Positions 63,807 through 64,000 of a stretch of 64,000 nt of DNA are shown here, piece after piece (position 1 is the stretch's first letter; every line of letters starts with the position of its first letter). The stretch covers positions 808,542 to 872,541 of the forward strand of contig CAXXVO010000007.1 in the NCBI GenBank assembly GCA_963422645.2, given 5' to 3'. This stretch comes from Alphaproteobacteria bacterium (GTDB lineage Bacteria > Pseudomonadota > Alphaproteobacteria > UBA828). The position numbers and the translations under genes were made by a program. A model generated the notes under the pieces. That model made no database searches. It was not told the DNA's origin and worked only from the letters and a program-made list of their open reading frames with translations.

Positions 63807-64000
63807 AACCTCGCGCGCCGCCTTCAAAAGCATAAGGAGGGGTGCCTGCGCTTCCTCACCGATCCGCGAACCCCCTTCTCCAACAACGAGGCCGAGCGCG
63901 ACCTCCGAATGGGCAAGCTGCGCCAGAAAATCTCAGGCGGCTTCCGCTCGATACAAGGCGCCCGCGACTTCGCAAACCTGCGATCCGTCATCGCCACCGC
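63807..64000 (+). pseudogene. IS66 transposase 3' fragment, variant B/A chimera, runs off the window
   Basis: Matches variant B to about 63841, then variant A (GATCCGCGAACCCCCTTCTCCAAC...). Confidence 0.8.

Overview
High-GC alphaproteobacterial chromosome segment (taxonomy inferred from gene order such as uvrA/ssb/gyrA-coaD-queA-tgt, gltDB, rib-nusB-thiL, gatCAB, clpSA). A housekeeping core (~6.5-55.2 kb) carries mobile DNA in three places. (1) 1-6.2 kb: a minus-strand operon of Zn-ribbon/HTH protein, Mu/IS481-like DDE transposase, ExeA-type ATPase, RepA/AAA_25-type helicase, an iteron-like palindrome and a probable primase start. It abuts a truncated phage portal + minor-head remnant that ends in a transposon-like terminus (two 24-bp repeats then CA). 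(2) 38,543-41,003: an intact single-transposase IS66-family element with 13-bp IRs and an exact 8-bp TSD that carries, translationally coupled to its transposase, a compact DPPY methyltransferase apparently lacking a target-recognition domain. (3) 55.4-64 kb: a nested, partly chimeric cluster of two IS66 variants and two copies of a 2.5-kb unclassified IS whose transposase stop codon is completed by the target DNA. Other oddities are a His-less pseudo-histidine kinase, an orphan HicA-like gene, tandem hairpin repeats upstream of clpS and two phased GGGAT arrays. No rRNA, tRNA or CRISPR array was recognised. All product calls come from motif recognition, not database searches.
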